A stretch of DNA of 64,000 bases from Dehalococcoidia bacterium (GCA_034422935.1 DAOUJH010000010.1:118820-182819); one strand, 5' to 3'. Counted from the stretch's first letter, positions 18,078-29,011 are shown. The notes: generated from the sequence alone by a model not told the origin. Numbers and translations are program-made.

Positions 18078-18169
18078 CGTTGCACGGCGTGGCTAAGGAA
18101 ACCCGCACCGGGTCTACTTGGCTGCCTCACCTGAGACCTCACCAGAAAAAGTTCCCCTTGCCCGGAGAC

Positions 18170-18199
18170 TTGACAGACCCACGGAAGCCCTGCAACAAT
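18170..18199 (+). promoter_or_regulatory. Putative promoter of the Fur-family gene
   Basis: TTGACA-N18-AACAAT; supports ATG 18226 as the real start. Confidence 0.4.
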
Positions 18200-18225
18200 C
18201 ATCTATCCCTGTGATACCCAGTATC

Positions 18226-18660
18226 ATGACAACTCCTCTAACAGTACACCCAGACATCGTGTCCCTCCTGGAAGACCGGGGCTATAGGTCCACGGCTCCA
18301 AGACGCGCCATCATACACATCTTGGAAGGGAAGCAGGAAGGCTTCACCGCAGAGGAGATCAGCAATGAGTTGCCGGGAGTGGGAAGGGCAACCATCTTCC
18401 GCACCATCAAGATTCTCATGGAAGTCGGAGTCATCTGTAGACTGAACCTCATTGACGGAGCCCCCAGGTACAGCCTCTCCCACATTGGGCACCATCACCA
18501 CACAGCGTGCGTCAAGTGTGGCTTCGTCGGCGAATTTCGCGCCGCTACCGTCGAGCGGTTGATGAGGGGATTGGGCAGCAGCATCCCTGGCCAAATTGTA
18601 GGCCACCGTATAGAGGTCTACGTTATCTGCGACAAGTGCTTTAACGGCCAGGAAGAGTAG
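18226..18660 (+). CDS. Fur-family metalloregulator (probably Zur)
   Basis: GYR.T.PRRAI, ATIFRT..L...G winged helix, HHHH..CxxC ... CxxC; next to a ZnuA-like gene. Confidence 0.85.
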   Translation: MTTPLTVHPDIVSLLEDRGYRSTAPRRAIIHILEGKQEGFTAEEISNELPGVGRATIFRTIKILMEVGVICRLNLIDGAPRYSLSHIGHHHHTACVKCGFVGEFRAATVERLMRGLGSSIPGQIVGHRIEVYVICDKCFNGQEE

Positions 18661-18701
18661 AAAAGTCCACTAAAATTCATAGCAGATCCGGTGCCGCACA
18701 T

Positions 18702-18722
18702 AATTGAGATTGAGTCTCATTT
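18702..18722 (+). promoter_or_regulatory. Fur-family (Zur-like) 7-1-7 operator
   Basis: aatTGAGATT-g-AGTCTCAttt imperfect palindrome between the regulator and the metal-binding protein gene. Confidence 0.65.
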
Positions 18723-18790
18723 CATGTAAGCCTGCGCCGTCGCCGTGAAGTTGTTTTCGAACGTAAAACAAAGGAAAGGACAACGGAACA

Positions 18791-20107
18791 ATGATGATAC
18801 CAGGTATTGATAGACGTATATCCGGCCCGTGGGTAACTACGCTTCTAGCGTTTGCCATGGTCTTGGCTCTGGCCGCTTGCTCCAGCGAAGCAACACCTAC
18901 GCCTACGCCCACACCCGGACAAACCACGACTGCCCCACAGCCAACAGCCACTCCGCAGCCTACTCCCACTCCGGTGCCTACCCCCACGGTGGAACCAATC
19001 GTCCTCAACGTAGTAACCTCCACTAGCATCGTCGCCGATTGGGTGGAGAACATCGGTGGAGACAGGGTAGAGGTCTTCAGCCTCGTTCCAAGAGGAGCGG
19101 ACCCCCATGGATACCAACCGGGCGCCAGGGACGTTACCAGAGTTGCCGACGCGGACCTCGTGTTGACTATTGGCCTGGGATTGGAGGAATCCTGGCTCAC
19201 AGAGTTGATCCAGAACGCCGCACGGGACCCGGCGAGCATTATTGAGCTGGCCGATGCGATCGAACCGATAGAGTTCGGCCAGACCCATATAGAAGATGTG
19301 GAATTCCTAGAAGAACTCAGCCATGTAGTCCATGAGGTGGAGGAAGGAGAGATAAGCGCGGAGGAGGGACTGGAGGAGATTGCGGAGTTGCTGGAAAGCA
19401 TGGAAGAGCATCACGACGAAGGAGAAGAGGAAGGGGAAGGAGAGATGGAAGAGCCTTCCGAGCACGTGGCCGAGATACTCGAACAGTTCCAAAGTGGGCA
19501 GATTGACGCCGAGGAAGCTATAGAGGAGATCGAACACATTACCGAAGAGGGCCATGATGAGCACGAAGGCCACGGCCACGGCGTTCACGACCCCCACTTC
19601 TGGTTCGACCCCCTTCGCGTCAAGGCCGCCGTCATTGGAATCGCCACCCAACTTGCCACGATGGATCCGGCCGGCGTGGAGACCTACACTGCCAACGCCA
19701 CTGCCTACGTGGCCCAGTTGGAGGAACTCCACGCCTGGACTGAGCAGCAGGTTGCCGTGGTGCCGGAGGAGCGCAGACTGCTGGTCACCTCCCACGACAG
19801 CCTGGGCTATTTCGCAGAGCTGTACGGCTTCACCGTAGTTGGGGTTATCCTGGGCACAACCACGGAGGCAGAGCCGTCCGCTGAGGACCTGGTGGAGTTG
19901 ACCCACGAGGTAGAAGAACTGGGCGTTCCGGCAATCTTTGGTGAGACAACGGTTAGCGAGCGTCTGGCTAACGCCGTGGCGACGGAGTCGGGCGCAGCGC
20001 TGGTGCGGCTCTACTCAGGTTCCCTGGACAGCCAGGGCACCGATGCCGGAACCTACATAGGCATGGTGAGAGTCAACGTAGAGCGCATAGTAGAGGCCCT
20101 GCAATAA
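18791..20107 (+). CDS. Metal ABC transporter substrate-binding lipoprotein (ZnuA/TroA cluster A-I)
   Basis: LAAC lipobox, PT-rich linker, GADPHGYQP, HDPHFWFDP, VTSHDSLGYFA..YG, EPSA..L, IFGETT; long His/Glu-rich insertion. Confidence 0.92.
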   Translation: MMIPGIDRRISGPWVTTLLAFAMVLALAACSSEATPTPTPTPGQTTTAPQPTATPQPTPTPVPTPTVEPIVLNVVTSTSIVADWVENIGGDRVEVFSLVPRGADPHGYQPGARDVTRVADADLVLTIGLGLEESWLTELIQNAARDPASIIELADAIEPIEFGQTHIEDVEFLEELSHVVHEVEEGEISAEEGLEEIAELLESMEEHHDEGEEEGEGEMEEPSEHVAEILEQFQSGQIDAEEAIEEIEHITEEGHDEHEGHGHGVHDPHFWFDPLRVKAAVIGIATQLATMDPAGVETYTANATAYVAQLEELHAWTEQQVAVVPEERRLLVTSHDSLGYFAELYGFTVVGVILGTTTEAEPSAEDLVELTHEVEELGVPAIFGETTVSERLANAVATESGAALVRLYSGSLDSQGTDAGTYIGMVRVNVERIVEALQ

Positions 20108-20150
20108 GCCGCCGAATCATTGCGGTGAATGCTCACCGATGATGGCTGCT

Positions 20151-20187
20151 AGAGAGGCGTCCTTGTAAGAAGGACGCCTCTCTTTTT
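20151..20187 (+). terminator. Rho-independent terminator after the ZnuA-like gene
   Basis: agagaggcgtcctt-gtaag-aaggacgcctctct (14-bp perfect stem) followed by a T run. Confidence 0.85.
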
Positions 20188-20209
20188 GTATGAGTGCGTG
20201 CTATCAGGC

Positions 20210-20701
20210 CTACGAGACTTCGTTAAGCCGGCCCGTTTCGCAGTCGTAAACGAACCCGCGGATCTGGTCTTTGACCGGAACGAAGGGATTGGCCTGTATA
20301 CGAGCTATGGACTGCCGCACGTCCTCTTCAAGGTTCCCGAAAGCCTCCAGCGCAAAAGACGGTCGCAGGCCGGTGTCTGCCAGGATGGCATCCTTTACGT
20401 CGTCATCGCGGAAGGTCAGCATGCCGCAGTCGGTATGGTGTATGAGCACGACCTCGCGGGTGCCCAGCAGGCGCTGCGAGATCACCAGTGAGCGAAGAAC
20501 ATCGTCGCTGACCACGCCTCCCGCATTGCGGATTACGTGGGCGTCGCCCTCCTCTAGTCCCATCAGCTTGTGGGTATCCAGGCGCGCGTCCATACAGGCC
20601 ACAACCGCCATATGCAGCGCCGGAGGCAGAGGCAAGCTGCCCTTGTCGAAACTGTCAGCGTACCGTTCGTTGTTCTTCAGTGCGTCATCCGTTGCAGTCA
20701 T
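20210..20701 (-). CDS. Beta-carbonic anhydrase, clade D (Rv1284/CanA-like); start set at ATG 20701
   Basis: VVACMDAR, AHVIRNAGG, HHTDCGM Zn ligands, GFVYD..TG.L; SD aaggag upstream. Confidence 0.92.
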   Translation of the reverse strand: MTATDDALKNNERYADSFDKGSLPLPPALHMAVVACMDARLDTHKLMGLEEGDAHVIRNAGGVVSDDVLRSLVISQRLLGTREVVLIHHTDCGMLTFRDDDVKDAILADTGLRPSFALEAFGNLEEDVRQSIARIQANPFVPVKDQIRGFVYDCETGRLNEVS

Positions 20702-20827
20702 CTGAGTCTCCTTAAAGGTGAATAAGTTGAACGCAACAGCTGATTCTACCCGCATTTCCGTTCAATGTAAAATTGGCCTGCGCCTGGCTACCCTCTTTGA
20801 CCAGCTATGACCCAGCGTTGGTTCATA

Positions 20828-20856
20828 TTGACAGTGCCTGCCTGCCATAGTACCAT
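20828..20856 (+). promoter_or_regulatory. sigma70 promoter of the SAM-I leader
   Basis: TTGACA-N17-TACCAT about 25 nt upstream of the aptamer. Confidence 0.6.
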
Positions 20857-20880
20857 TCCTAGCAATTCAATAGGTTTATT

Positions 20881-20995
20881 CTCTTATCAAGAGAGGCAGA
20901 GGGACCGGCCCTGTGAAGCCCGGCAACCGATCGCCTGGGTGAAGTAAGCGATACGGTGCCAACTCCGGCAAGCTAAGCAGCTTGAAAGATGGGAG
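20881..20995 (+). ncRNA. SAM-I (S-box) riboswitch aptamer
   Basis: CTCTTATCAAGAGAGGCAGAGGGACCGGCCCTGTGAAGCCCGGCAACC...GGTGCCAACTCCGGCAAG...CTTGAAAGATGGGAG matches the SAM-I consensus; P1 CTCTTATC/GATGGGAG. Confidence 0.96.
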
Positions 20996-21009
20996 CGAAG
21001 GCACTTAAG

Positions 21010-21036
21010 CTTCTCGACTCATCGAGAAGTTTTTTT
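21010..21036 (+). terminator. Riboswitch expression-platform terminator
   Basis: cttctcga-ctca-tcgagaag plus T7; its 5' arm and loop can alternatively pair with the P1 3' strand (antiterminator). Confidence 0.85.
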
Positions 21037-21053
21037 GTGCTACAGAGAAAGAG

Positions 21054-22169
21054 ATGCCAGAGATAGTACCTCTAGAGTGGACCGGAGACTCCCTGCGGAT
21101 GCTGGATCAAACCATGCTTCCCCAGGAGGAAGCCGTGGTCACGGCTCGCACCCACACGGACGTGGTGCAGGCAATAAGCAGCTTGCAGATACGGGGCGCT
21201 CCAGCCATCGGCGTGGCGGGAGCCTACGCCCTGGTGCTGGCGGCCAAAGCGGTGAGCACGCTGGACATGCAACGGATGTTCAACTACCTGGCCGACGTGG
21301 GCAAAGAGGTAGCAAGCGCGAGGCCCACGGCGAGGAATCTGCAGTGGGCGGTAGCAAGGATACTGAACGTTGCATATTCCACGCGCTCCATTTCAGACAT
21401 GCGCCGTCGCATGGAGGCCGAGGCCATAACCATTCACCAGGAAGACCTAGCGGCCAATCGCAGTATTGGACGGCTGGGAGCAAAGCTGCTGTCCAGCGGG
21501 GATGTTGTGCTCACCCACTGCAACACCGGAGCGCTGGCCACGGCCGGCTACGGGACGGCGCTAGGAGCGATAAGAGCAGCCTGGGAGGACGGAAAGAAGA
21601 TCAAGGTAATAGTTACTGAGACGCGCCCCGTGCTTCAGGGAGCGCGTCTCACCATGTGGGAACTGGTGCAGATGGGAATACCCGCCGAACTCATCGTCGA
21701 CTCGGCGGCGGGGACGTACCTGGCAAGAGGTGAGGTGTCGTGCGTGCTCGTTGGCGCCGACAGAGTCTCCGCAAACGGGGACACCGCCAACAAGATAGGG
21801 ACCTATCCTTTGGCGGTAGTGGCGCGGGAAAACGGAGTGCCTTTCTACGTGGTGGCGCCAACGTCTACGCTGGATATGTCGCTGGCGTCCGGAGACGGCA
21901 TCCAGATAGAGGAACGCGACCTGGAAGAAGTGTATAAATTCGGGAAGACGGCCACAACGCCGAAGGGCATCAAGGCGCGGAACCCTGCCTTTGATGTTAC
22001 GCCCCACAGATACGTGAGCGGCATAGTCACGGAAAAGGGCGTCGTGCGCCCTCCCTTTGTAGAGGAGCTCAGGAAGCTGACCGAGGAAAATGTGGTGGTG
22101 GATGATACGGTGCGCCAGGAGAGCGAGGAGATGGCGGTAAACAAGGTCAAAGGAGAAGCGGTTGGCTGA
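21054..22169 (+). CDS. mtnA: S-methyl-5-thioribose-1-phosphate isomerase
   Basis: LDQT.LP, IRGAPAIG, ARPTA.NL, LTHCNTGALAT.GYGTALG, ETRP.LQGARLT, NKIGTY, NPAFDVTP. Confidence 0.95.
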   Translation: MPEIVPLEWTGDSLRMLDQTMLPQEEAVVTARTHTDVVQAISSLQIRGAPAIGVAGAYALVLAAKAVSTLDMQRMFNYLADVGKEVASARPTARNLQWAVARILNVAYSTRSISDMRRRMEAEAITIHQEDLAANRSIGRLGAKLLSSGDVVLTHCNTGALATAGYGTALGAIRAAWEDGKKIKVIVTETRPVLQGARLTMWELVQMGIPAELIVDSAAGTYLARGEVSCVLVGADRVSANGDTANKIGTYPLAVVARENGVPFYVVAPTSTLDMSLASGDGIQIEERDLEEVYKFGKTATTPKGIKARNPAFDVTPHRYVSGIVTEKGVVRPPFVEELRKLTEENVVVDDTVRQESEEMAVNKVKGEAVG

Positions 22170-23040
22170 GGCGCAGGTAGGCGTGATAGGGGGCAGCGGC
22201 CTGTACGAAATGAGCGGCCTAGTCAACCTTCACGAGGTGAAACCGGATACACCCTACGGCTTGCCCAGCGACGTGATAACAATAGGTCGGATAGAGGGGA
22301 TTGCCACGGCTTTCCTTCCCAGGCATGGCCGCGGTCACCGACTCCTGCCCGGCGAGGTGCCCACGGCAGCAAACATATACGCACTGAAAGTGCTGGGCGT
22401 TGAGCGAATCATTTCGGTCAGTGCAGTGGGTAGCCTCAAGGAAGAGGTGCATCCGCTGGATATCCTAGTGCCCGATCAACTGATTGACCGCACCAGGCAA
22501 CGCCGGAGCACGTTCTTTGGAGAGGGGCTGGTGGCTCACATTGGGTTCGCCGACCCGTTCTGCCCCGCCCTGAGCGATATCCTGGCGGAAGAAGCAACCG
22601 ATATGGGATCCACTCTGCACAAGGGCGGCACGTACGTAGTGATAGAAGGGCCTGCCTTTTCAACCAGGTCGGAGTCTTTTCTCTACAAGTCGTGGGGAGC
22701 CAGCATAATTGGCATGACGGCGTTGCCCGAGGCGAAGCTGGCCAGGGAGGCTGAGATATGCTACGCAACCCTGGCTCTGGTAACCGACTTCGATACCTGG
22801 CACGAAACGGAAGCGCCCGTTTCCGTGGAGATGGTGATAGGGAACCTGACAAGGAACGTGGACAGGGCGCGCGAGATTATCCGCAAGGCTTTGCCAAGGC
22901 TGTCGGGAGAGCGCAACTGTGCATGCGCAACGGCGTTGAAGGACGCCCTGGTAACAACAGGAGAATCCATCCCGGAAGCCACAAGGCAGCGCCTGGCACC
23001 TTTGATCGGCAAGTACATAGCCAGCGCAATAGGCGCATGA
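22162..23040 (+). CDS. mtnP: S-methyl-5'-thioadenosine phosphorylase
   Basis: GVIGGSGLY, FLPRHGRGH, EGPAFSTRSES, GMT.LPEAKLAREAEICY, VTDFD.W; TTG start with AGGAG SD. Confidence 0.95.
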   Translation: MAEAQVGVIGGSGLYEMSGLVNLHEVKPDTPYGLPSDVITIGRIEGIATAFLPRHGRGHRLLPGEVPTAANIYALKVLGVERIISVSAVGSLKEEVHPLDILVPDQLIDRTRQRRSTFFGEGLVAHIGFADPFCPALSDILAEEATDMGSTLHKGGTYVVIEGPAFSTRSESFLYKSWGASIIGMTALPEAKLAREAEICYATLALVTDFDTWHETEAPVSVEMVIGNLTRNVDRAREIIRKALPRLSGERNCACATALKDALVTTGESIPEATRQRLAPLIGKYIASAIGA

Positions 23041-23063
23041 AAATACCGACAAGGAATTGAAGC

Positions 23064-23411
23064 ATGACAAGTCAACAGGAGCCGTTCAGCAGAATATCGG
23101 TAGAGAAGGCACACGAGCTATATCAAAGCGGTGATTCCGCTGTTGTAGACGTACGCCAGATGGACGAATGGGTGGACGGCCACGTAAAGGGTGCCGTCCA
23201 CATTCCGGTGGACGAAGTGATTTCCCGCGTGGATGAACTGCCGGCAGACAAGAAGCTGCTGTTCATCTGCGCCCAGGGCGTGCGCAGCGCCCTAGCCTGC
23301 GAGATGGCTGCCGCGATGGGTCGATCTCCAGAGACACTGTTCAACATAGAAGAGGGCACTCAAGCCTGGATAGAACGGGGATATCCCACCAGCTATCAAA
23401 ACGAACCGTAG
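23064..23411 (+). CDS. Single-domain rhodanese-like sulfurtransferase
   Basis: VDVRQ..EW..GHV.GA.HIP, active loop ICAQGVRS, GGT..W-like end. Confidence 0.85.
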   Translation: MTSQQEPFSRISVEKAHELYQSGDSAVVDVRQMDEWVDGHVKGAVHIPVDEVISRVDELPADKKLLFICAQGVRSALACEMAAAMGRSPETLFNIEEGTQAWIERGYPTSYQNEP

Positions 23412-23441
23412 CTGTCAATCAAACTTGGGGGTAGGGGTTAG

Positions 23442-23864
23442 ATGAATAAACGCAAGCGAGTGGCCATGTTGAAGCACCGCCACAAGAGGAAGAGATACGA
23501 AGCTCAGCGCAAGGCGGCGCTGTTAGCGGGAACAATACCGTTGCAAACAAGGCAAAGAACAACTCCTCGTCTCGTGGAGACTCCGCTCGAACAGGTAGCG
23601 GCCAGGGCGCCCAGACGCGCCCGCCGTACAGCCCGTACGCAGGACCAAGAAGCCACTGCGGCCCAGGCAGTCACCACCGAGGCGGCTCCCGTAGAGGAGA
23701 CCGCACCTCGCAGAGTGAGGCGGACCAAGGCGGCAGAGGCAACAGCAGAGGAAAAGCCGAAGAGGACGCGGCGCACCACTGCGGCAGCCGACGACAACAA
23801 GACCGCTGAGGAGAAGCCCAAGCGCACCAGGCGCACCACCAAGAAAACGGAAGATGGTGAATAG
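23442..23864 (+). CDS. Hypothetical basic, low-complexity protein with repeated PRR.RRT / EEKPKRTRRTT motifs
   Basis: 140-aa ORF filling the gap in the operon direction, ggtagggg SD-like upstream, internal repeats; no recognisable family. Confidence 0.7.
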   Translation: MNKRKRVAMLKHRHKRKRYEAQRKAALLAGTIPLQTRQRTTPRLVETPLEQVAARAPRRARRTARTQDQEATAAQAVTTEAAPVEETAPRRVRRTKAAEATAEEKPKRTRRTTAAADDNKTAEEKPKRTRRTTKKTEDGE

Positions 23865-23869
23865 GTTAG

Positions 23870-25309
<1,440 letters not shown>

Positions 25310-25347
25310 GATCTCAAAGCAGTCGCTCTAGAGGAGGATATCGTCAA

Positions 25348-26556
25348 ATGGGACTGAGCTTCATGGAATCGCCTTCTTACCTTTTCACCTCAGAATCGGT
25401 GACGGAAGGCCATCCCGATAAACTGTGCGACCAGATATCTGATGCAGTCCTGGACGCCATTCTGGCGGAGGACCCCAATGCCCGTGTCGCCTGCGAGGTA
25501 AGCACCACAACGGGTCTTGTAGTAGTGATGGGTGAAATCACCACCGACTGCTACGTAGATATAAGTCAAATCGCACGGGACACTATCCGGGGCATAGGCT
25601 ATACAAACGCCAAATACGGCATTGACTTCAACACGTGCGGCGTGATGATCTCCGTACAGGAACAATCACCGGAGATCTCAGAGGCGGTCAGCCATTCCCT
25701 GGAAACGCGGGACGGGCGGAACAAAGAGGCGGAAGAGGAGGTGGGAGCGGGAGATCAGGGTATGATGGTAGGTTTCGCCTGTACCGAGACTCCGGAACTA
25801 ATGCCGTTGCCTATATCGCTGTCTCATAAGCTGTGCCAGCGTCTCTCCATGGTCAGAAGAGAAGGGCTGCTGGACTATCTGAGGCCGGACGGCAAGTCGC
25901 AGGTTACCATAGAGTACGACCACGGAACGCCGAAACGGGTGCACACGGTGGTACTCAGCGCGCAGCACTCGCCGAAGGTGAGCCTGGAGCAGCTAAGCAG
26001 AGAGTTGACAGAACACGTTATCGAGTACGTGGTGCCTTCCAACCTGATGGACAAAGACACAAAGCTTTTTATCAATCCATCGGGCGGGTTTGTGATGGGG
26101 GGCCCACATGCCGACACCGGCCTTACGGGGCGCAAGATACTGGTGGATACCTACGGAGGAGCGGCACGGCACGGAGGTGGCGCATTTTCAGGCAAAGACC
26201 CCACCAAGGTCGACCGCTCCGGCGCATATGCGGCAAGATGGGTGGCTAAGAACGTAGTCGCGGCAGGGCTGGCGGATAGGGCTGAAGTGCAGATCTCATA
26301 CGCCATAGGCGTTGCTCACCCTATATCCATCAGCATAGAGACCTTCCAGACTGGTAGAGTGCCGGACCAGGTGATCCTGGACCTGATAGACAGACACTTC
26401 GACCTACGCCCCGGGGCCATCATCAACCAGCTTGACCTGCGCCGCCCAATCTACAAAGACACGGCGGCGTTTGGCCACTTCGGGCGCGAGGAGCTCGGAC
26501 TGCCCTGGGAATGCACCGACAAGGCGGAGACGCTGAAGGCCGAGGCCGGGTTGTGA
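25348..26556 (+). CDS. metK: S-adenosylmethionine synthetase (start set at ATG 25348)
   Basis: [61 protein letters not shown]; GAGGAGG SD. Confidence 0.97.
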   Translation: MGLSFMESPSYLFTSESVTEGHPDKLCDQISDAVLDAILAEDPNARVACEVSTTTGLVVVMGEITTDCYVDISQIARDTIRGIGYTNAKYGIDFNTCGVMISVQEQSPEISEAVSHSLETRDGRNKEAEEEVGAGDQGMMVGFACTETPELMPLPISLSHKLCQRLSMVRREGLLDYLRPDGKSQVTIEYDHGTPKRVHTVVLSAQHSPKVSLEQLSRELTEHVIEYVVPSNLMDKDTKLFINPSGGFVMGGPHADTGLTGRKILVDTYGGAARHGGGAFSGKDPTKVDRSGAYAARWVAKNVVAAGLADRAEVQISYAIGVAHPISISIETFQTGRVPDQVILDLIDRHFDLRPGAIINQLDLRRPIYKDTAAFGHFGREELGLPWECTDKAETLKAEAGL

Positions 26557-26581
26557 TAGCGGTGACATCGGAGAGGCCCGG

Positions 26582-28000
26582 ATGACAATCCGCTTCGGAA
26601 CGGACGGATGGCGGGCTGTCATAGGCTGGGAATACACGGCCGATAACGTAAGAGCCTGCGCCGCGGGTACGGCGCAATACCTGAAGAAGAACAACCTGGC
26701 AGAGCGAGGTCTTTTAGTCGGCTACGACACTCGGTTCCTGTCGGAAGAGTTTGCTGCCGAAGTGGCCGGGGTAACCACGGCAATGGGTGTCCCGACCTAT
26801 CTCGGCAACGCGGCTGCGCCGACGCCTGTAGTGAGCTACAACGTCATCGACCGTCGCGCCGGAGGCGCAGCGATAATCACAGCCAGCCACAACCCGGCGA
26901 ACTGGAACGGGTACAAGTACAAGCCCGATTACGGCGGCAGCGCGTCGACGGAAGAGGTCGAGGTGTTGGAAGCCGAGATAAACCGGGTCTCCAGGGACTC
27001 CATCCAAACGCTTTCTCCGGATGAGGCCCTGCGCCAAGGGGTGCTGGAATACATCGACCAGTCGACTCCGTATTTGAGCCACGTGGCAAATCTCGTCGAT
27101 CTTCCCATCATAAGGGACAGCGGCTTGAAGGTAGCGGTGGACGCCATGCACGGCGCAGGCGCAGGCTACCTTCCCAAACTGCTAGAGGGGGGCAGCACCG
27201 CGGTCACGGAGCTGCGCGGGGAGCGCAACCCTGCCTTCCCCGGAATGCAGCAGCCTGAGCCGGTGGCGCATAATCTGGCGCCGCTTTCGGAATGGATAAC
27301 ATCGAACGGCGCGGACATTGGCATAGCGCTGGACGGAGACGCGGATCGCGTGGGGCTTGTGGACGAGAAGGGCAGGTTCATCACCACTTTGCAGACGTTC
27401 ACCCTGCTGGCTCTGTACCTTCTGGAACAGCGGCAGGAGAGGGGCCCGCTGGTGAAGTCGACCACTATGACCAGCATGATCTACCGCCTGGGCAAGCTGT
27501 TCGATGTGCCGGTGTACGAAACCGCGGTGGGCTTCAAGTTTCTAGGGCCGGTGATGATGCGGGAGAACGCTTTGACAGCGGGTGAAGAGAGCGGCGGCTT
27601 TGCCTTTAGAGGTCACGTACCGGAACGCGACGGGATCCTGAGCGGCCTCTTTCTGCTGGACATGGTGGTTAAAACGGGAAAGCGTCCCTCAGAACTGCTG
27701 GACTATCTCTTCAGCAAGCTTGGCCCCCATTATTACGACCGTCTGGACGTGCCGTTCTCGCCGGAAAACCGCGGAGCTACGGAGGAACGGGTGGGCACTC
27801 AGCGGCCAGACGCCCTGGGTGGCTCCAGGGTGGTAAGCCGCGACGAGACGGACGGCGTAAGGTTCATGCTGGAGAACGGCGCTTGGCTGCTGATACGGTT
27901 CTCCGGAACGGAGCCGCTGCTGCGCATCTACGCCGAGGCAGCCAGTGAGGACGCGGTAAAACTACTGCTGGATGAGGGCAGAAACCTGGCCGGCGTGTAG
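26582..28000 (+). CDS. Phosphoglucomutase/phosphomannomutase family protein
   Basis: FGTDGWR, ITASHNP (phospho-Ser), DGDADR, GEESGG, RFSGTEP. Confidence 0.93.
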   Translation: MTIRFGTDGWRAVIGWEYTADNVRACAAGTAQYLKKNNLAERGLLVGYDTRFLSEEFAAEVAGVTTAMGVPTYLGNAAAPTPVVSYNVIDRRAGGAAIITASHNPANWNGYKYKPDYGGSASTEEVEVLEAEINRVSRDSIQTLSPDEALRQGVLEYIDQSTPYLSHVANLVDLPIIRDSGLKVAVDAMHGAGAGYLPKLLEGGSTAVTELRGERNPAFPGMQQPEPVAHNLAPLSEWITSNGADIGIALDGDADRVGLVDEKGRFITTLQTFTLLALYLLEQRQERGPLVKSTTMTSMIYRLGKLFDVPVYETAVGFKFLGPVMMRENALTAGEESGGFAFRGHVPERDGILSGLFLLDMVVKTGKRPSELLDYLFSKLGPHYYDRLDVPFSPENRGATEERVGTQRPDALGGSRVVSRDETDGVRFMLENGAWLLIRFSGTEPLLRIYAEAASEDAVKLLLDEGRNLAGV

Positions 28001-28045
28001 ATTTTCTACTCCCCGATGCCTCGCTATCCCATTATTTGCTAAGCC

Positions 28046-28441
28046 CTACCGCTTGCTGTACTGCTGGGCTTTCCTGGCGCGTTTCAGGCCGTACTTCTTG
28101 CTCTCTTTTATCCTGGCGTCGCGGGTGAGGAGGCCGTGCTCCCGCAGGGGCTTCCTGAAGCTTTCGTCCAGTACCACCAGCGCCCTGGCTATGCCGTGTC
28201 CAATGGCCCAAGCCTGGCTGCTGGGACCGCCGCCCTTGACCTTGACCTGTGCGGTGTACTTCCCTTCAGTGCTGGTGACCTCCAGAGGCCGAGTCGCCAT
28301 CTCTTGCCATGGCCTCCAGGGGATCACTTCCTCAATGGGCTTGCCGTTGATGACTATACCCCCCGGCTGTATGTAGAGGCGCACTTGGGCAATGGCCGTC
28401 TTGCGCTTGCCCACGCCGTGATAGTAGGTTTCCTGGGTCAT
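28046..28441 (-). CDS. rpsI: 30S ribosomal protein S9
   Basis: G.GKRKTAIA, LLTRDAR.KE.KKYGLKRARKA.QYSKR. Confidence 0.97.
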   Translation of the reverse strand: MTQETYYHGVGKRKTAIAQVRLYIQPGGIVINGKPIEEVIPWRPWQEMATRPLEVTSTEGKYTAQVKVKGGGPSSQAWAIGHGIARALVVLDESFRKPLREHGLLTRDARIKESKKYGLKRARKAQQYSKR

Positions 28442-29011
28442 TTACTCCTCCGATTCCTCCTCAGCGACGGCTTCGGTAGCTGTGCTTTCGGGGTCCCCGT
28501 TGAGGCCCTCCGATCCGTGGGCCATTGCAGGCGCTTCTTCCGTCGATTCTTCGGCAGCTAGAAGAGCTTGCCTTCTTTCCGTGGCGGTGACCTGTGCCTG
28601 ATGGGGATGCTCGTCTCCGGCGTATACCTTCATCCTGCGGAGCATGTGCCGGCCAAGGGTGTTCTTGGGCAGCATGCCCTTCACGGCGTGCTGGATGGCC
28701 CTTTCCGGGTGCCTGTCCAGAAGTCGTCGAAGGTTGGTGGTGCGCAGGCCGCTGGGATAGCCAGAGTGACGGTAGTACATCTTTTGCTCCAGCTTCTTGC
28801 CGGTAACGGCCACTCTGGACGCGTTGAGAACTATGACGTAGTCTCCGGTAAGAATGTTGGGCGTGTAGACCGGCTTGTGCTTGCCCTGCAAGACACGCGC
28901 TATCTCACTGGCGAGCCTGCCAAGCGGCTTGCCGGCAGCATCCACAACCTGCCAGTCAGAGATTATATCCGCCTGTCTTGCCGTATGTGTCCTATTGTGT
29001 TTAGTAGCCAT
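28442..29011 (-). CDS. rplM: 50S ribosomal protein L13 with acidic C-terminal extension
   Basis: W.VVDA.G..LGRLAS, GKHKP.YTP, YYRHSGYP.GL, AVKGMLPK; ~40-aa acidic tail. Confidence 0.97.
   Translation of the reverse strand: MATKHNRTHTARQADIISDWQVVDAAGKPLGRLASEIARVLQGKHKPVYTPNILTGDYVIVLNASRVAVTGKKLEQKMYYRHSGYPSGLRTTNLRRLLDRHPERAIQHAVKGMLPKNTLGRHMLRRMKVYAGDEHPHQAQVTATERRQALLAAEESTEEAPAMAHGSEGLNGDPESTATEAVAEEESEE

Noticed and set aside
18118-18225. N-terminal extension of the Fur-family ORF
   Set aside because: Contains the likely promoter (TTGACA 18170); homology starts after ATG 18226.
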